The translations under genes were made by a program, and so were the position numbers. DNA of 64,000 nucleotides from Octopus sinensis (taxonomy: Eukaryota), in the NCBI RefSeq assembly GCF_006345805.1, contig NC_043021.1:3100001-3164000 (forward strand). Direction: 5' to 3'. The notes beneath the pieces were generated by a model. That model ran no database searches. It was not told the origin of the DNA and worked only from the letters and a program-made list of their open reading frames with translations. Shown here piece by piece: positions 35,830 to 48,420 of this stretch (its first letter is position 1; each line of letters begins with the position of its first letter).

Positions 35830-36520
35830 CACATATATATATATACATATACACGCACACACACACACACGTGTATGTTTGTAAGTAATAAATATATGTC
35901 TAGTTTCAGTCAGACTGCAGCTATATTGGGGGCCCTGCATTGATGTTTTAGTTGAATAAATTGACCCCAATATATTCATACACACACACACGTGTGGATG
36001 TGTATGTCTGTTTACACACACAAGCAGGAATACCCTGGTCTGTACTCTAAATGTCTTCCCAGATTTGTAATGTTAATTAACCATTTAATGGTTGGGAGCA
36101 TTATAACAGCATAGAGATACAAGCTTGGTAGGCTATTTTAACAGAAGTACAAACACAAAGGTCACAGACCTCAGCAAATGACTGGAAGATCAAGAGACTC
36201 ACTGGTGCACACTCCAGCATTTAATAACTTTTGATGACCTCACGCAATATGTTGCCTACTGTAACCTAAAGTTATGATAAAGTTTGATAACATTTAATTA
36301 AGATTGAATGTTCTTATAAAATTATGAACCAAGTTAAATTAATCATCATAATGAGTATGCACGTCATTAATTCATTTGAAAGACATCAGTGACAAATAGG
36401 ACAGAAGCAGCTTCATCTAGAATGAATGTCCAGGCTGTGGTTCTTGTAAATTGATTACTTTTTTACCCCCCAAAGAATGCATCTATTGCCATGAGCATTT
36501 TTGGAGTTTTCTTTCACAAA

Positions 36521-36933
36521 TAGGCGCAGGAGTGGCTGTGTGGTAAGTAGCTTGCTAACCAACCACATGTTTCCGGGTTCAGTCCCACTGCATGGCACCT
36601 TGGGCAAGTGTCTTCTACTATAGCCCCTGGCCGACCAATGCCTTGTGAGTGGATTTGGTAGACGGAAACTGAAAGAAGCCCGTCATATATATATATGTAT
36701 GTATATATATATGCGTGTGTGTGTTTGTGTGTCTGTGTTTGTCTCCCTAGCATTGCTCGACAATGCTGGTGTGTTTATGTCCCTGTTACTTAGCAGTTCA
36801 GCAAAAGAGACCGATAGAATAAGTACTGGGCTTACAAAAGAATAAGTCCCGGGGTCGAGTTGCTCGATTAAAGGCAGTGCTCCAGCATGGCTGCAGTCAA
36901 ATGACTAAAACAAGTAAAAGAGTAAAGAGTAAA
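36521..36933 (+). mobile_element. Family A SINE, full length
   Basis: TAGGCGCAGGAGTGGCTGTGTGG...GTAAAAGAGTAAAGAG. Confidence 0.9.
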
Positions 36934-36959
36934 CCAATTCATGTTTAGAGAATAGCATT

Positions 36960-38520
36960 CCAGGCCACCTACCTTTATGCTGTTCTGTGCTTCTTTAGGG
37001 TCATAATCAACGAACTGCTTCATTGTTTCTATGATCTTTTTGAAGCTGTTACTAAGGAATTTAGTAGTAAGAGTTCTTATGGCTGTTTTTGGTTCTACAG
37101 CAAGGTCTTCAGGTTTCATTTTTTAATGTGCTGCTGCTCTAACTCCTACAATTCTTCAATAGATAAGCTGTTATCATACAACAATTAACTCCTCCAAATC
37201 TTCAGCATTGACATTTTACATTTTACACATATTGGCAAATTTATGGATGGCTGCTGGTAGAACTTTTTTTTTAAATTCCAGGAAGTCACTGCATGCTTCT
37301 GGCCATGGTTTCTTTGAGACTCTATTCTTGCAGTTCTCTGTTACTTTGTCTCAGGCTGCTCTGATATTATCCATGGCCTGATAGTTTTGTGTGTGTGTGT
37401 GTGTGTGTGTGTATTGTCTCTTTAATAAGTTGTTTAAAAGTGCATTGAAAGTAGAAATTAAGCCTGCTGTTAGTATGGAGTAAGGAATGGGTGTTTTGAG
37501 TAAGTGAACCATTTTAATAGTACTGCAAGTGTTGAGAATCTGGAGGAAGATTTTTGGTTTATGTTCTTCATAATAGCTTTCAATACTGGACAAAGTTATG
37601 AAACAATGAGTGTGTAAAAACTCTATTACCCAGACATTCTTGTTTGATTTTGAAATCACTGTCAGAGGAATTAAATGAGCCTTAGTTTCAGTTTGTTTCC
37701 TGAAGCATTGTTGCCAACTGGTAGTGTTAAATGGCTATTTTCAGCTTTGATCCAAGAAATGTTCATTTTCTCTTGGAAGATGAAAGGGTAGAATTGTGTT
37801 CTTTTCCAGAAAAGGCCTGTTTCATCTACATTGAATAAAAGTTGTTGGGGGGGATAGTTATTACACTCTTTATTCTTAAGAACCTGGGGAAATACCTTGA
37901 CTGCCTCAGTGGTTGTACTTGCAGGCTTCAGTAGACGTATCTTTTTCCTTTCATTTGTTTCCGTCATTTGACTGCAGCCATGCTGGGACACCACCTTGAG
38001 GAACTTTAGTTGAATAATTGACCCTAGCACGATTTCTTTTTTTTTTTAAAGCTTAGTACTTATTCTTTTGGTCTCTTTTGCTGAACCAACAAGTTATGGG
38101 GATGTAAACCCACCAGCACTGGTTGTCAAGACAGACATATACACAAAGGGCTTACAAGGCTTTAGTTGGCTCTAGGCTATAGTAGAAGACACTTGCCCAA
38201 GGTGAGAATGAACCCAGAACCATGTGGTTGGGAAGCAAACTTCTTAACACACAGTCACCCCTGAGCCTAGATACAGTGTAAGTTATGTTGTCATTTGAAT
38301 ATATCCAACCAACTTCTACTTGTTGAGTATGCTTCTGATTTGCTCAGTTCACTTCTGTTTTCTCTGGGAGTGTTAGTTGAAAGTCTCCTGCTGAGATGAC
38401 TTACTCTACTGGGAGGAGAATTTCTTCCCACAGCATTAAGAATCTGATTCAAAGCCTCAAAATTAACTTCATGGGACACAGTGTACTCATTAAGCATTAT
38501 CATCAAATTCTGTTTTAGCA
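36960..38520 (-). mobile_element. Tigger/pogo transposase remnant, interrupted by a SINE
   Basis: YSTSRSWLDIFK (CENP-B HTH end), YPPQQLLFNVDETGLFWKR, HLTLPVGNNASG, AMDNIRAA. Confidence 0.8.
37950..38260 (-). mobile_element. Family A SINE inserted in the Tigger remnant
   Basis: CATTTGACTGCAGCCATGCTGG...AGAAGACACTTGCCCAAGG. Confidence 0.7.
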
Positions 38521-39023
38521 CTAATGCAGTTTCTGTTTCTTTGTAATATCACGGGTTGCTGTGTCGTGGATGGTGTAATTCAATGCCGAATTGAGTGCAC
38601 TATGAGCTGTTTTGCCATCAGACAGTGTAGTGGCAAAGATACCTGAAAATGCAGCTGTCATAGTAATAACCCTGTACTTCTATACTTCAGTCAGCAGCAG
38701 CTTCAAGAGAAAGGCAGTTCTTGTTCCACTAAGTTCATCGAAAAAGACCTTTTTACCATTTTTTGTTCTGAATATGACCCTCAAGTAGCTTAGACTCACT
38801 TTCAGCCATAAAATGAGTAGAGAGAGTGATGGCAGATGGATGACAAGGGTGAGTGAGTGTGTGAAGGGAACAAAAGTATGATAGGAAGAAAAAAAAACAG
38901 GGTGATTGGAGGGAAAGTAGCGATGGATGGTGACAGAGGTAGACAGTAGTGTGATAGATGTGGATATGGTAGTGTATTGGATGGAAACATTTCTGCTGTG
39001 TTCTTTTGTATAGAGAAGACTCC

Positions 39024-39478
39024 ATTCTTGCAGTTCTCAATTACTTTGTCTCGGGCTGCTCTGATATTATCCATGGCCTTCAAATATTCCTGATAGTTTT
39101 GTGTGTTTGTGTGTGTAATGTCTCTTTAATAAGTTGTTTAACCCTTTAGTGTTCGCATTATTCTGCCAAAGTTAATGCCTTTTCATCCACATTGTTTTGA
39201 ACTAATCATTCATTAATCTTGTAGCTATGAGATTTTGATGAGGTAGCTGTTAATTTTTAAAACGATATTGTAGGGTTGGTGTGAGAGACCAGATCTGGCC
39301 AGTTTGAACATAAAACAGGCAGAATACTTTTGGCCGGTTTAAATGCAAAAGGGTTAAAAGTGCATTGAAAGTAGAAATTAAGCCTGCTGTTAGTATGGAG
39401 TAAGGAATGGGTGTTTTGAGTAAGTGAACCTTTTTAATAGTAATGCAAGTGTTGAGAATCTGGAGGAAGATTTTTGGT
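39024..39478 (-). repeat. Local duplicate of Tigger segment 37324-37558, carrying an extra MITE
   Basis: ATTCTTGCAGTTCTC...GGAGGAAGATTTTTGGT is present twice. Confidence 0.85.
39142..39353. mobile_element. piggyBac-like MITE family 1, young
   Basis: TTAA on both sides; the paralogous site near 37434 has a single TTAA. Confidence 0.9.
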
Positions 39479-39499
39479 ATTGTCCAAATTAGCAATAAT

Positions 39500-41100
39500 C
39501 TTTCCAGTGGCACCAGATTTGATGCTTTTCAATGATTATTGTTTCTTCAACTTTACCCTTGCAATATCTGAGTGCCCTACAGCAAATTTGTTCTCTGTTT
39601 CTGGCTGTTTTGGATTAAGAGTATTGGTTGTGAATAATGTAGGGCCACTGAGCCATTGCAATAAGGTAGTGTCTGGGACTACTTATTAATGAATTTGGCA
39701 GTGTATACCTAGAGTCTGTATAATGAGCATTGCCAGCAAGAATAGGTTCTGCCAAAGCTTTAAATAAATCTGCTCTCAGTGTTGTCTGATTGTCACAAAT
39801 GTTTTTGAGATGGTATGATTGTAGTTTACTAAATTGATCGAGGCAATACTGTTGAAATATGTTGACCTAGGTGTAATAAATTAGTTGATGCAACTCTTTT
39901 CATTAGATGCTAGGAATAAAACTGCAGCTGAGATTTTCTGATTGTCCATTTTTTCAGAATTATGTACTTAGTCTTCATAAGCATCTGATATTAAGTATGG
40001 CAAGTCCATTGCAAGTTAGTAAGTTATATCTCCTAGAACGTACATCAGGCTTCTCATTGGCATGCAAACCTATTTCTACGTCCACTGGAATTTTTCCAGC
40101 ATCAGTTTGTTACTAATAAATATACTATGACTGCTTCCATCAGACATAACTCAATGAGTTTTTCAAAACTTATTTACATCAGGAATTTGGCTATTATTGT
40201 TTCCAAGTGCTCTTTCCATGTGTTGTCCATAAAAATAAATTTGTAACCAGGACAGTAATACCCTATTTGGTTCCTTGCAGTTCCAGTAAATCAGTAGACA
40301 ATTCCATGTATTCCGTAATTAGCCATTCTTCTTCTTATTATTATTACTATTACAGTGTCTACTTTCATGGAGGGTGTGATCATTGTGCTGTTGAACTTTG
40401 TTACTTGTAAAATCCTTTGCTTCAGATGTGTAATTTGAGAAAAAGTAATTTAGTTTGTCAGGTATTACAGAAACATTTGTAGCATAAACCAAAAGAGGAA
40501 TTTTTCAATATGCCCTCTGATTGTCCACAAAGAAACATTAACCCTCTCGTTACCAACCCGGCTGAAACTGGCTCTGGTTCTATAGTACAAATGTCGTGTT
40601 TTCATAAGTTTTGAATTAAAATCTTCCACCAAACCTTAATCAAAATTAATGTTCCTAACACTAGCTTCATGATATCTAAGTTATTTCACTAAATTCTTTG
40701 TTATATTTAAAATTAATTGAAAGAAACACGGAGCATCTCAACAGAAATATGGTAACAAAAGGGTTAATGATATTTTATTTCCATGAGACAACTATAAATG
40801 AAGTTCTCAACATTAATTCATAGAAACCCATCAGTATCATGGCATCTAGCCATAATTATGTGTAAATCTTGCATCATTTCAAAAGTACCTTCTGCATTGA
40901 ATAGAATCTTAAGGTAAAATTTGCTCACATTATGGGAAGTTGTTATCTGGAAATTCCATGCTGGAGCATTTCCATGTTCCTCAACATGAAATTTCTTGTC
41001 TTTGTTTCCACGAGTATCTCTGAAGTTATCATGCAGCATCTATTTCCTGAAGAGATTGCCTTTGTATCTGATTAATTCTCAATCTGTATGATAATTTATA
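39500..41100 (-). mobile_element. Highly degraded non-LTR (RTE-like) RT remnant
   Basis: Scattered frames: NFQITTSHNVSKFYLKILFN...TDGFL (NYRGI...QNGF-like) and ALAEPILAGN (VESILLY-like). Confidence 0.35.
40542..40763. mobile_element. piggyBac-like MITE family 2
   Basis: TTAA-CCCTCTCGTTACC ... GGTAACAAAAGGG-TTAA. Confidence 0.85.
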
Positions 41101-41621
41101 AGTTCAAAACATATCTAGATTATATGCTTCTGGAATTTGGATAATTTGGAAGAAATTTTTTTTTTAAATAATGGAAACTAATTTGGCAATATTTGAGTTA
41201 AGATATTACTACTTATAGGGTAATTTGACAACCTGCTGAATTGTTTTTTCTAGCTATGCCAGTGGCTATAATCATAGGTTTGAAATATTCCGTAGTAGTT
41301 GTTCATTTTTGTTGTTGCAGATATACACCTACAAACACACACATGTGGTGTGTAGGTGCAGGCATTGGTTATGGTAAAGAAGTTTGCTTTAGGTTAGGTC
41401 CCACTGTGTGTCATCTTGGGTAAGTGTCTTCTATGATAACCTGATCAACCAATGCTATGTGACAGTTTGATTGGAGGCAACTAAGAAATTTGTTGTGTGT
41501 GCACATGAATGTCATGTGTATTGAATTGTGACCATTCGCTCTGCATTTTTAAAGATCTGTGACATAAAAAGTATGCCCTATTTGAAAAACAGGTATGGGT
41601 TGGCAGCAGGAAGGACATTAA

Positions 41622-41842
41622 CCCTTTCGTTTACCGTATTTATTTTGAGATGTTCTGTGTTTCTTTCAATTACTTTAAATATAACAAAGAATTTAGTAAA
41701 ATAACTTAGTCATCATTCAGCTAGTGTTAGGAACATAAATTGTGACTAAGGTTTGGTGGAAGATTTTAATTCAAAACTTATGAAAACAAGACATTTGTAC
41801 TCAGAGCCAGAAGCAGTTTCAGCCGGGTTGGTAACGAAAGGG
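41622..41842. mobile_element. piggyBac-like MITE family 2, opposite orientation
   Basis: TTAA-CCCTTTCGTTTACC ... GGTAACGAAAGGG-TTAA. Confidence 0.85.
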
Positions 41843-42354
41843 TTAAATAAATCTCTGTCCATTGTCATTGTAGCATGGAAGAATGATGTTGACTAAACAA
41901 ATGATACATGCTCTCTTTGTTTTACTCCTTTGAATGAAGTATGCATAGGATATACACACAGTCACATATACCTACCTACATGCATACATGCATGTGTTTA
42001 TTGCATTTACTGTGCATATTACTGAAGTCTCTTGATGTCTTGGAGTGTTTAGTTCTGCTTGTATATGTTGCTCCCTATATTCCTGCTATAGCTGTGCTTG
42101 GCCTTTTTGAACTAAGGTATCAACTATTGTGGGGATCTTACTGTTGCATGCAACACGTGTTAGCTAGTATAATTATGGTTGTTGATTTTTCTTTATGCTG
42201 GTTATAATTTTAATCAACACATGTAATCAACAGTAGTGGTCATAAGTGAATAGATTTAATAAGCAATGGTTTATATCTGTTTATTACATGATTCGGGATT
42301 TCCTCAGCATCACAATTTGGACACATGTCCACTACAATAAGCTCTGTCCAACTA

Positions 42355-42620
42355 AAGCCTCATGAGTGGATTTGGTCAAAAGAAAACTGAAAGAAACCCA
42401 ATGTGTTTGTTTGCATCTCTTTGCCTTGGTGATGGATGTAAACAAGCATCATTATGTCCGTTGTTTCCAATTGTCTGTGGAGACATTTTGGCTGTGGGAA
42501 ACTATTACCTTGCCTCCAGACAGGTAAGGGTTGATGACAGGAAGGAAATCGAGTCATAAAAAAAAAAAAAATCTGCCTGAACAGATTCTGTCTGACTCCA
42601 GCATAGAAAAATGGATGTTG
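42355..42620 (+). mobile_element. Family E SINE (5' truncated)
   Basis: GTGGATTTGG...AACAGATTCTG...CCAGCATAGAAAAATGGATGTT. Confidence 0.6.
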
Positions 42621-42774
42621 TGGCTGTGTGGTAAGTAGCTTGCCTACCAACCACATGGTTCTGGATTCAGTCCACTGCGTAGCATCTTGGGCAAGTGTCT
42701 TCTGCTATTGCCCCGGGCCGACCAATGCCTTGTGAGTGGATTTGGTAGACGGAAACTGAAAGAAGCCTGTTGTA

Positions 42775-42823
<49 letters not shown>

Positions 42824-43026
42824 TTGTGTCTGTGTTTGTCCCTCTAGCATTGCTTGACAACCGATGCTGGTGTGTTTACGTCCCCATCACTTAGTGGTTC
42901 GGCAAAAGAGACCGATAGAATAAGTACTGAGCTTACAAAGAATAAGTCCCGGGGTCGATTTGCTCGACTAAAGGCGGTGCTCCAGCATGGCCGCAGTCAA
43001 ATGACTGAAACAAGTAAAAGAGAGTA
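42621..43026 (+). mobile_element. Family A SINE, young, first ~10 nt missing
   Basis: TGGCTGTGTGGTAAGTAGC...GAAACAAGTAAAAGAGAG. Confidence 0.9.
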
Positions 43027-43054
43027 ATTTTATATGTTATATCATTTATATATT

Positions 43055-43390
43055 GTCATCATCGTTTTAACATTTAATTTTTCATGTTTGCATGGGTCAG
43101 ATAAAATTCATTGGAAGATTTTCTACAGTTGAATGCCCTTCCTGCCACCAACCCTAGCCTGTTTTTCAAATTAGGTAATATTTCCCCTAGTCTTTTGAAC
43201 ATAAATAGCATGTGATTTCATAGAAGATTGTCAATAAATGGCACGGCTTGTATGCCAGTAACATTCATTCATGAGCAGTGCATAATATGAAAACAAAGAG
43301 ACAAACACTCACTCACTCTCTCATGTGTGCAGAAGCTTTTTTTGTCTTTCCACCTACTAAATTCACTCACAAGGTTTTGAGTGTCCAAAA
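43055..43390 (-). mobile_element. Family E SINE, diverged
   Basis: CATCATCG...TGCATGGGTCAG...GGTAATATTTCCCC...AAATTCACTCACAAGG. Confidence 0.6.
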
Positions 43391-43999
43391 GATCGCTCTT
43401 CTAATGTTCTATTGATTTACTATGAACTACATGACATCATAGGCCTCAGACTTTTCTTGTCGGAATGAGCATGCGATGACAAGCGGTGGCAGATGACACA
43501 CAAGATAAGTGCAAGGGAAGCAACATGAGCTTTTACACCCTTTTCGTTGTAATATCTTAGCATTTTTTCCAATAAAAATGCCACAAAGACATTTTTTTCC
43601 AATTAAGAGCCGATAACAAATAGTTTTTGATGCTAATAAATACTTATACGCTTAGATTAAATTTCTGTCAATTCGCAATACCTATGATATTTATAATCTT
43701 ACATTATGTAACACTTACATGGGATGAGGGAAGCAAGATGACATCCTGCTTTCATAAGAAAAACACTGAAAAGATAACATGTGCCTAGTTTTCTGTGTTT
43801 ATTGAATTAATACTTTATACATTTTCAAATTACAGAGCACCCTTAATATAAAGTGGTTTTTTTTTTTCCAATTTAAAATTAGCTGCATAATGTAAACGTC
43901 TCAATTTCATTCAAATATCTATGTGACAAAATTTTGGTCATTGCTTCCCCAGCCAGAAATATCACCGCACACTCTTGTTGTGTGTATGTGTGTGTGTGT

Positions 44000-44319
44000 G
44001 GCCCCCATGCTGGTGGCACGTAAAAAGCACCATCCGATCGTGGTCGTTGCCAGACTTGCCTGGCCCCCGTACTGGTGGCACGTAAAAAGCACCATCCGTC
44101 CGTGGCCGTTTTCCAGCCCCGTCTGGCACCTGTGCGGGTGGCACGTAAAAAGGAACCCACTACACTCTCGGAGTGGTTGGCGTTAGGAAGGGCATCCAGC
44201 CGTAGAAACACTGCCAGATCAGACTGGGCCTGGTGCAGCCTTCTGGCTTCCCAGACCCCAGTTGAACCGTCCAACCCATGCTAGCATGGAAAACGGACGC
44301 TAAATGATGATGATGATGA

Positions 44320-44323
<4 letters not shown>
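44000..44323 (+). mobile_element. Family B 3' end
   Basis: ~60-bp units followed by CCATGCTAGCATGG...(TGA)n. Confidence 0.85.
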
Positions 44324-44356
<33 letters not shown>

Positions 44357-44393
44357 CATACATACATACATACATATATTTACATATATATTT

Positions 44394-44569
44394 ATCATCA
44401 TCATTTAGCGTCCGCTTTCCATGCTAGCATGGGTTGGACGGTTCAACTGGGGTCTGGGAAGCCAGAAGGCTGCACCAGGCCCAGTCTGATCTGGCAGTGT
44501 TTCTATGGCTGGATGCCCTTCCTAACACCAACCACTCTGTGAGTGTAGTGGGTGCTTTTTACATGCCAC
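44394..44569 (-). mobile_element. Family B 3' end, tail-to-tail with the preceding copy
   Basis: Reverse complement of 44138-44313 with about 8 differences. Confidence 0.85.
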
Positions 44570-44591
44570 ACATATAAATGTTTATATTTGT

Positions 44592-44640
<49 letters not shown>

Positions 44641-45419
44641 TACACACATACACAAACACATTTTGAAATGGACTTTGGATTTCTAAGTTTTCAACATGAG
44701 ACTGTCCATGTTAAATGTCATTACGTCTTGTCATCTATATATTTGTTCTGGTTTTGTTTAACTCTTGTCAAAAGAAAGCTATGCAGATAATGCAGGATTC
44801 ATTTAAAACAGTGTGAATAAATCCGCATCACATTTGACAGGTTAATCTGAATGTTAAAAGTGTTACCTGATAATTTTTTTTAAATATCTCAGATATTTTT
44901 CTTTTTTACCTTAAGGGTCTTCTTTTTTTTCTCAAAGTCTTCACATTTTTTAGTTTAAACACTGGAGATAACATGTTATATGTCATTGTAATATATTATG
45001 TACATCTTGTAAAATATATACATATGTTTTGATCTTGTTCAACACTTGTTATAGTGCAGCCATATATTTCTAAAGTTTTCATCTCCTTTTTGACCAGACT
45101 TATCAGATGGTCGCAATGCATATCCATTCTTCCTTTCCTTTTCCATTTTGGACTGAATTGTTTAACTCATCTTCCCATCTTCTAAGTAGTTTCTTCCTAA
45201 CAGCATGGGTCTACCTGTTGTCTGTGAGCCTTGAGACATGTCCAACCCAGTAAAACTTGTGTTTTCAGTATTCTGCAATCACACCACTCATGCCTTTCTG
45301 TTCTAAAATTACCTTGCTTTTTGGATAGACTCCCACAATGATATTCATATGCATCAATCCTTCCATGGCCCTCTGTATCGTAGCCAGTCACTGTTTGTTA
45401 ACTGACATTACGTCAGTTA

Positions 45420-45930
45420 CAATAATAAGTGTTCCATTTGATCCAATCAACAGAACAGCCTGCTCACAAAATTAACATGCAAGTGGCTCAATGCTCTAGA
45501 CACGCATATCCTTAACCCTTTAGCATTTAAACCGGCCATAAGTATTCTGCCTGTTCTATGTTCAAACTGGCCAGATCTGGTCTCTCACACCAACCCTACA
45601 ATATTGTTTGAAAACTGAACAGCTACCTAATCAAAATCTCATAGCTACATGATAATGCATGATTAGTTCAAAACAATGTGGATAAAAAAGCATTAATTTT
45701 GGCAGAATAATGCGAACACTAAAGGGTTAATGTAGTTCTCGGGGAGATTCAGTGTGACACAGAATGTGACAAGGCTGGCCCTTTGAATTACAGGTAAAAC
45801 TCATTTTTGCCAGCTGAGTGGACTGGAGCAACAGAAAATAAAGTGTCTTGCTCAAGGACACAACACACCATCAGGATTCATATTCATGACCTTACAATCA
45901 TGAGCTGAATAAGCGACACACCTTCACTTC
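45420..45930 (-). mobile_element. Family D SINE, split by a MITE
   Basis: Colinear with 18720-19030 once 45516-45730 is removed. Confidence 0.75.
45516..45726. mobile_element. piggyBac-like MITE family 1, young
   Basis: TTAA on both sides; close reverse complement of the 39142 copy; empty site at 18817-18820. Confidence 0.9.
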
Positions 45931-47094
45931 CTTCTTTATACTAATACATGTAGGACAGAGCTACTGAACAGATTGGTGCACACAGTCTTGTCCAGCAGTA
46001 CTTTGAACACATCTCTAACTGAGGGAAACACCTTCCACTCTACTCTTATTCTGCCTGAGGTTTTGGTGTTCGTGTCTTAGTGTGTTTCCTTTCTGTCCTC
46101 AGCACATGTACTCTTTTGCCTCCTCACTGTCATCACTTCCCACCTCCTCTATTCAGCCTTTTACTATGTTCTCAGGTTGCATCTGTTTTGCTTTCATTTT
46201 TGAGACCTATTTGCTTGAATTCTCAGCATGCAGCTCTATCAGCATGGCCTGCAGTTGATCCGAGTTTTCTGTGATGACATCATCTGTGAAACAAAGATGT
46301 TTTAGTAACACACCACTGCTGACCATTTTAAGCATGCAGTGAAGAGTCTTGGGGAAATTGTAACCCCTTGACTAGAACTCACATGGTTGAAAATTCTCTT
46401 CTGGAAGCTTTAAATAAAAGAAAAAAATCATATTTTGTTTACTTCCAGTAACATCTGAGTTTAGAATATTGCTTCTTGTTGTAATAGTGCATCTCTTGTT
46501 GTAAATCAGTACATCTTTTTTTCTTCTTTTTCTTCTCAAAAATCAATTTAATTTTGATAACATTGAGAATTTTTAAAAACCCTTCTCTAAGTTTAAGATG
46601 GTCTTTTGTTGTTGTATTTTTTAAGACAACTTTTTTTATGCTTTGAACATCAAGATATAGGATCTGACATTTTTAAGATAAATTTTTTAAATTATGCAAT
46701 ATTTAAAAATCCTTTAATAGTAAAGCAACATTTTAAATAATGTGTGTGCTTGTGTAAAGATTTTTAAGTATACAATATATTGATTGGGTGGTCACAGATG
46801 GAACATCTTTGTGTTATTACCTATTATCACAGGTTATTCAATGTTAAATAAAATTTTAGGAAGTTCATATTCTTGAAGCAACCTGTGTTATGTAGCTTGC
46901 CAAAGATATGTCAATGAGTGCAAATTACAATTACAATTTTAATCTTTTATTTTCAACAAGATTTAGTTGTTAAGAGGGTACGTACATTCTTTTTGTACCC
47001 TACTTCTATTGCTTTGATTTCTTTTCTTTTTTTTTTTTTTATTGTATGTTCTGACCTAAAATATAGTAAGACCGTCCCATCCCTGATATATCAT

Positions 47095-47360
47095 CATCAT
47101 CATTCTGAAGTTCATTTTTACTTGCTAAATTCAATAAGCAAATTTTTTATGGCCAGATGCTCTTCCTGTCACTAATCTTCACTGGAATATTTTCCCCTAG
47201 TATGGAATTGTTTACATGGAAGCTTGCAAACAAACAACACTACTCATATAACAGTGACATTTGTTTACAATTAGTGCACAATGACATAAGGACAGACACA
47301 CACACACACTTGTGCATGATGGACTTCTTTGAGTTTTTAATCAACCAAATTCACTTGCAA
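47095..47360 (-). mobile_element. Family E SINE, diverged
   Basis: CATCATCATCAT...TTTTTTATGGCCAGATGC...TATTTTCCCC. Confidence 0.55.
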
Positions 47361-47593
47361 AACATATATTTCCCTGACCATTTTGTGTGTGTAAAATTTA
47401 TGGGTGTTAACTGCTTAGGAATATGTGGGAATTTTGAAAATAGTTTCTTCTCCTCCAGAATTGTTATCCCCTTTCTGTAAAAATACAATGAAGAAAATCA
47501 ATTTTGAAAGCAGTTCAAAAATGAAAAACTTACAAGTAGAGTTTTAGGGTGAATTTAATTAAACGGTGTGAAAAAATTTGTTGCTGATTCAGA

Positions 47594-48086
47594 GCATCCT
47601 GGACTTAACCAAAATTTTTGTAAACAAACAGTAGACTGTCTGATATATTCTGATTTTTTAATATACAAGAAAAATAGGTGTCATGTAGACGCACAAATTT
47701 AGTTAGACATGACCACAGCTTTCCAAGTAAGACCGCCCCATCCCTGAATCCTAAATCTTTTACCTAAAACCTAACTCCACTACCTAATTCGTAACCCGAA
47801 ATGCAACCCTAACTCTAAAGTTTAAACCCTAATCTTAATCCTTATGTGCTAATCCTAATCTCTCCTTTAACTCATCCTAATCTCTGACTCTAACCCTTGG
47901 ATTTTACCTCTAAACCCTAATCCCTAACTCTTAGCCCTAAACCCAACCCTAATCCTATGCTCCAACCCTAACCCTAACTGAACCCCAAACTAATGCACTA
48001 AATTTTATTAAATATTGCTGCAACATTAGTCAGACTGTCTACTTTTTGTTTGAAAATTTTTGCTTCAGGGCATAAAGTTCAGGATT
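47594..48086. repeat. Inverted-repeat-flanked element with a degenerate (CCCTAA)-like core
   Basis: About 50-bp imperfect IRs (ATCCTGGACTT...AGTAGACTGTCTGA / TCAGACTGTCTACT...AAGTTCAGGAT); core 47745-47995 rich in CCCTAA/CCTAAC. Confidence 0.55.
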
Positions 48087-48213
48087 CCCAATCTTTGCTA
48101 TTTAAGACAAAAATAAAAAATGTTCAAATGAAAAATAAGAATCTAAAAAATTAGAGTTGTGGTTCTCATTCCAAAACTCTGTTGTTATTGAATGATTTTT
48201 TTTTTTTGCTTAA

Positions 48214-48339
48214 CCTTTGGCATGCTTAGGTGCATCATCTCACTGTATGAGTTACCCTCCTGTAGCTGCCAGTACATTGTGTCATATTGAGAGACGAGGA
48301 AACTCCTAGGGTGTCAATATGCCTACAGCATGCTAAAGG
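48214..48339. mobile_element. piggyBac-like MITE family 3 (126 bp)
   Basis: TTAA-CCTTTGGCATGCT ... AGCATGCTAAAGG-TTAA. Confidence 0.8.
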
Positions 48340-48420
48340 TTAATGATTTGCACTTCCCTTATATGAAATTCCTTTAATTTACTGTAAATGATGGTGAGGG
48401 AACAAAATTGCTGAAATTGT

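Larger units (their letters stand above)
45120..46310 (-). mobile_element. RTE/BovB-like LINE RT C-terminal remnant with nested insertions
   Basis: FTDDVITENSDQLQAMLIELH (FADD region) near 46300; WVGHVSRLTDNR*...RRWEDEL near 45200. Confidence 0.7.
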
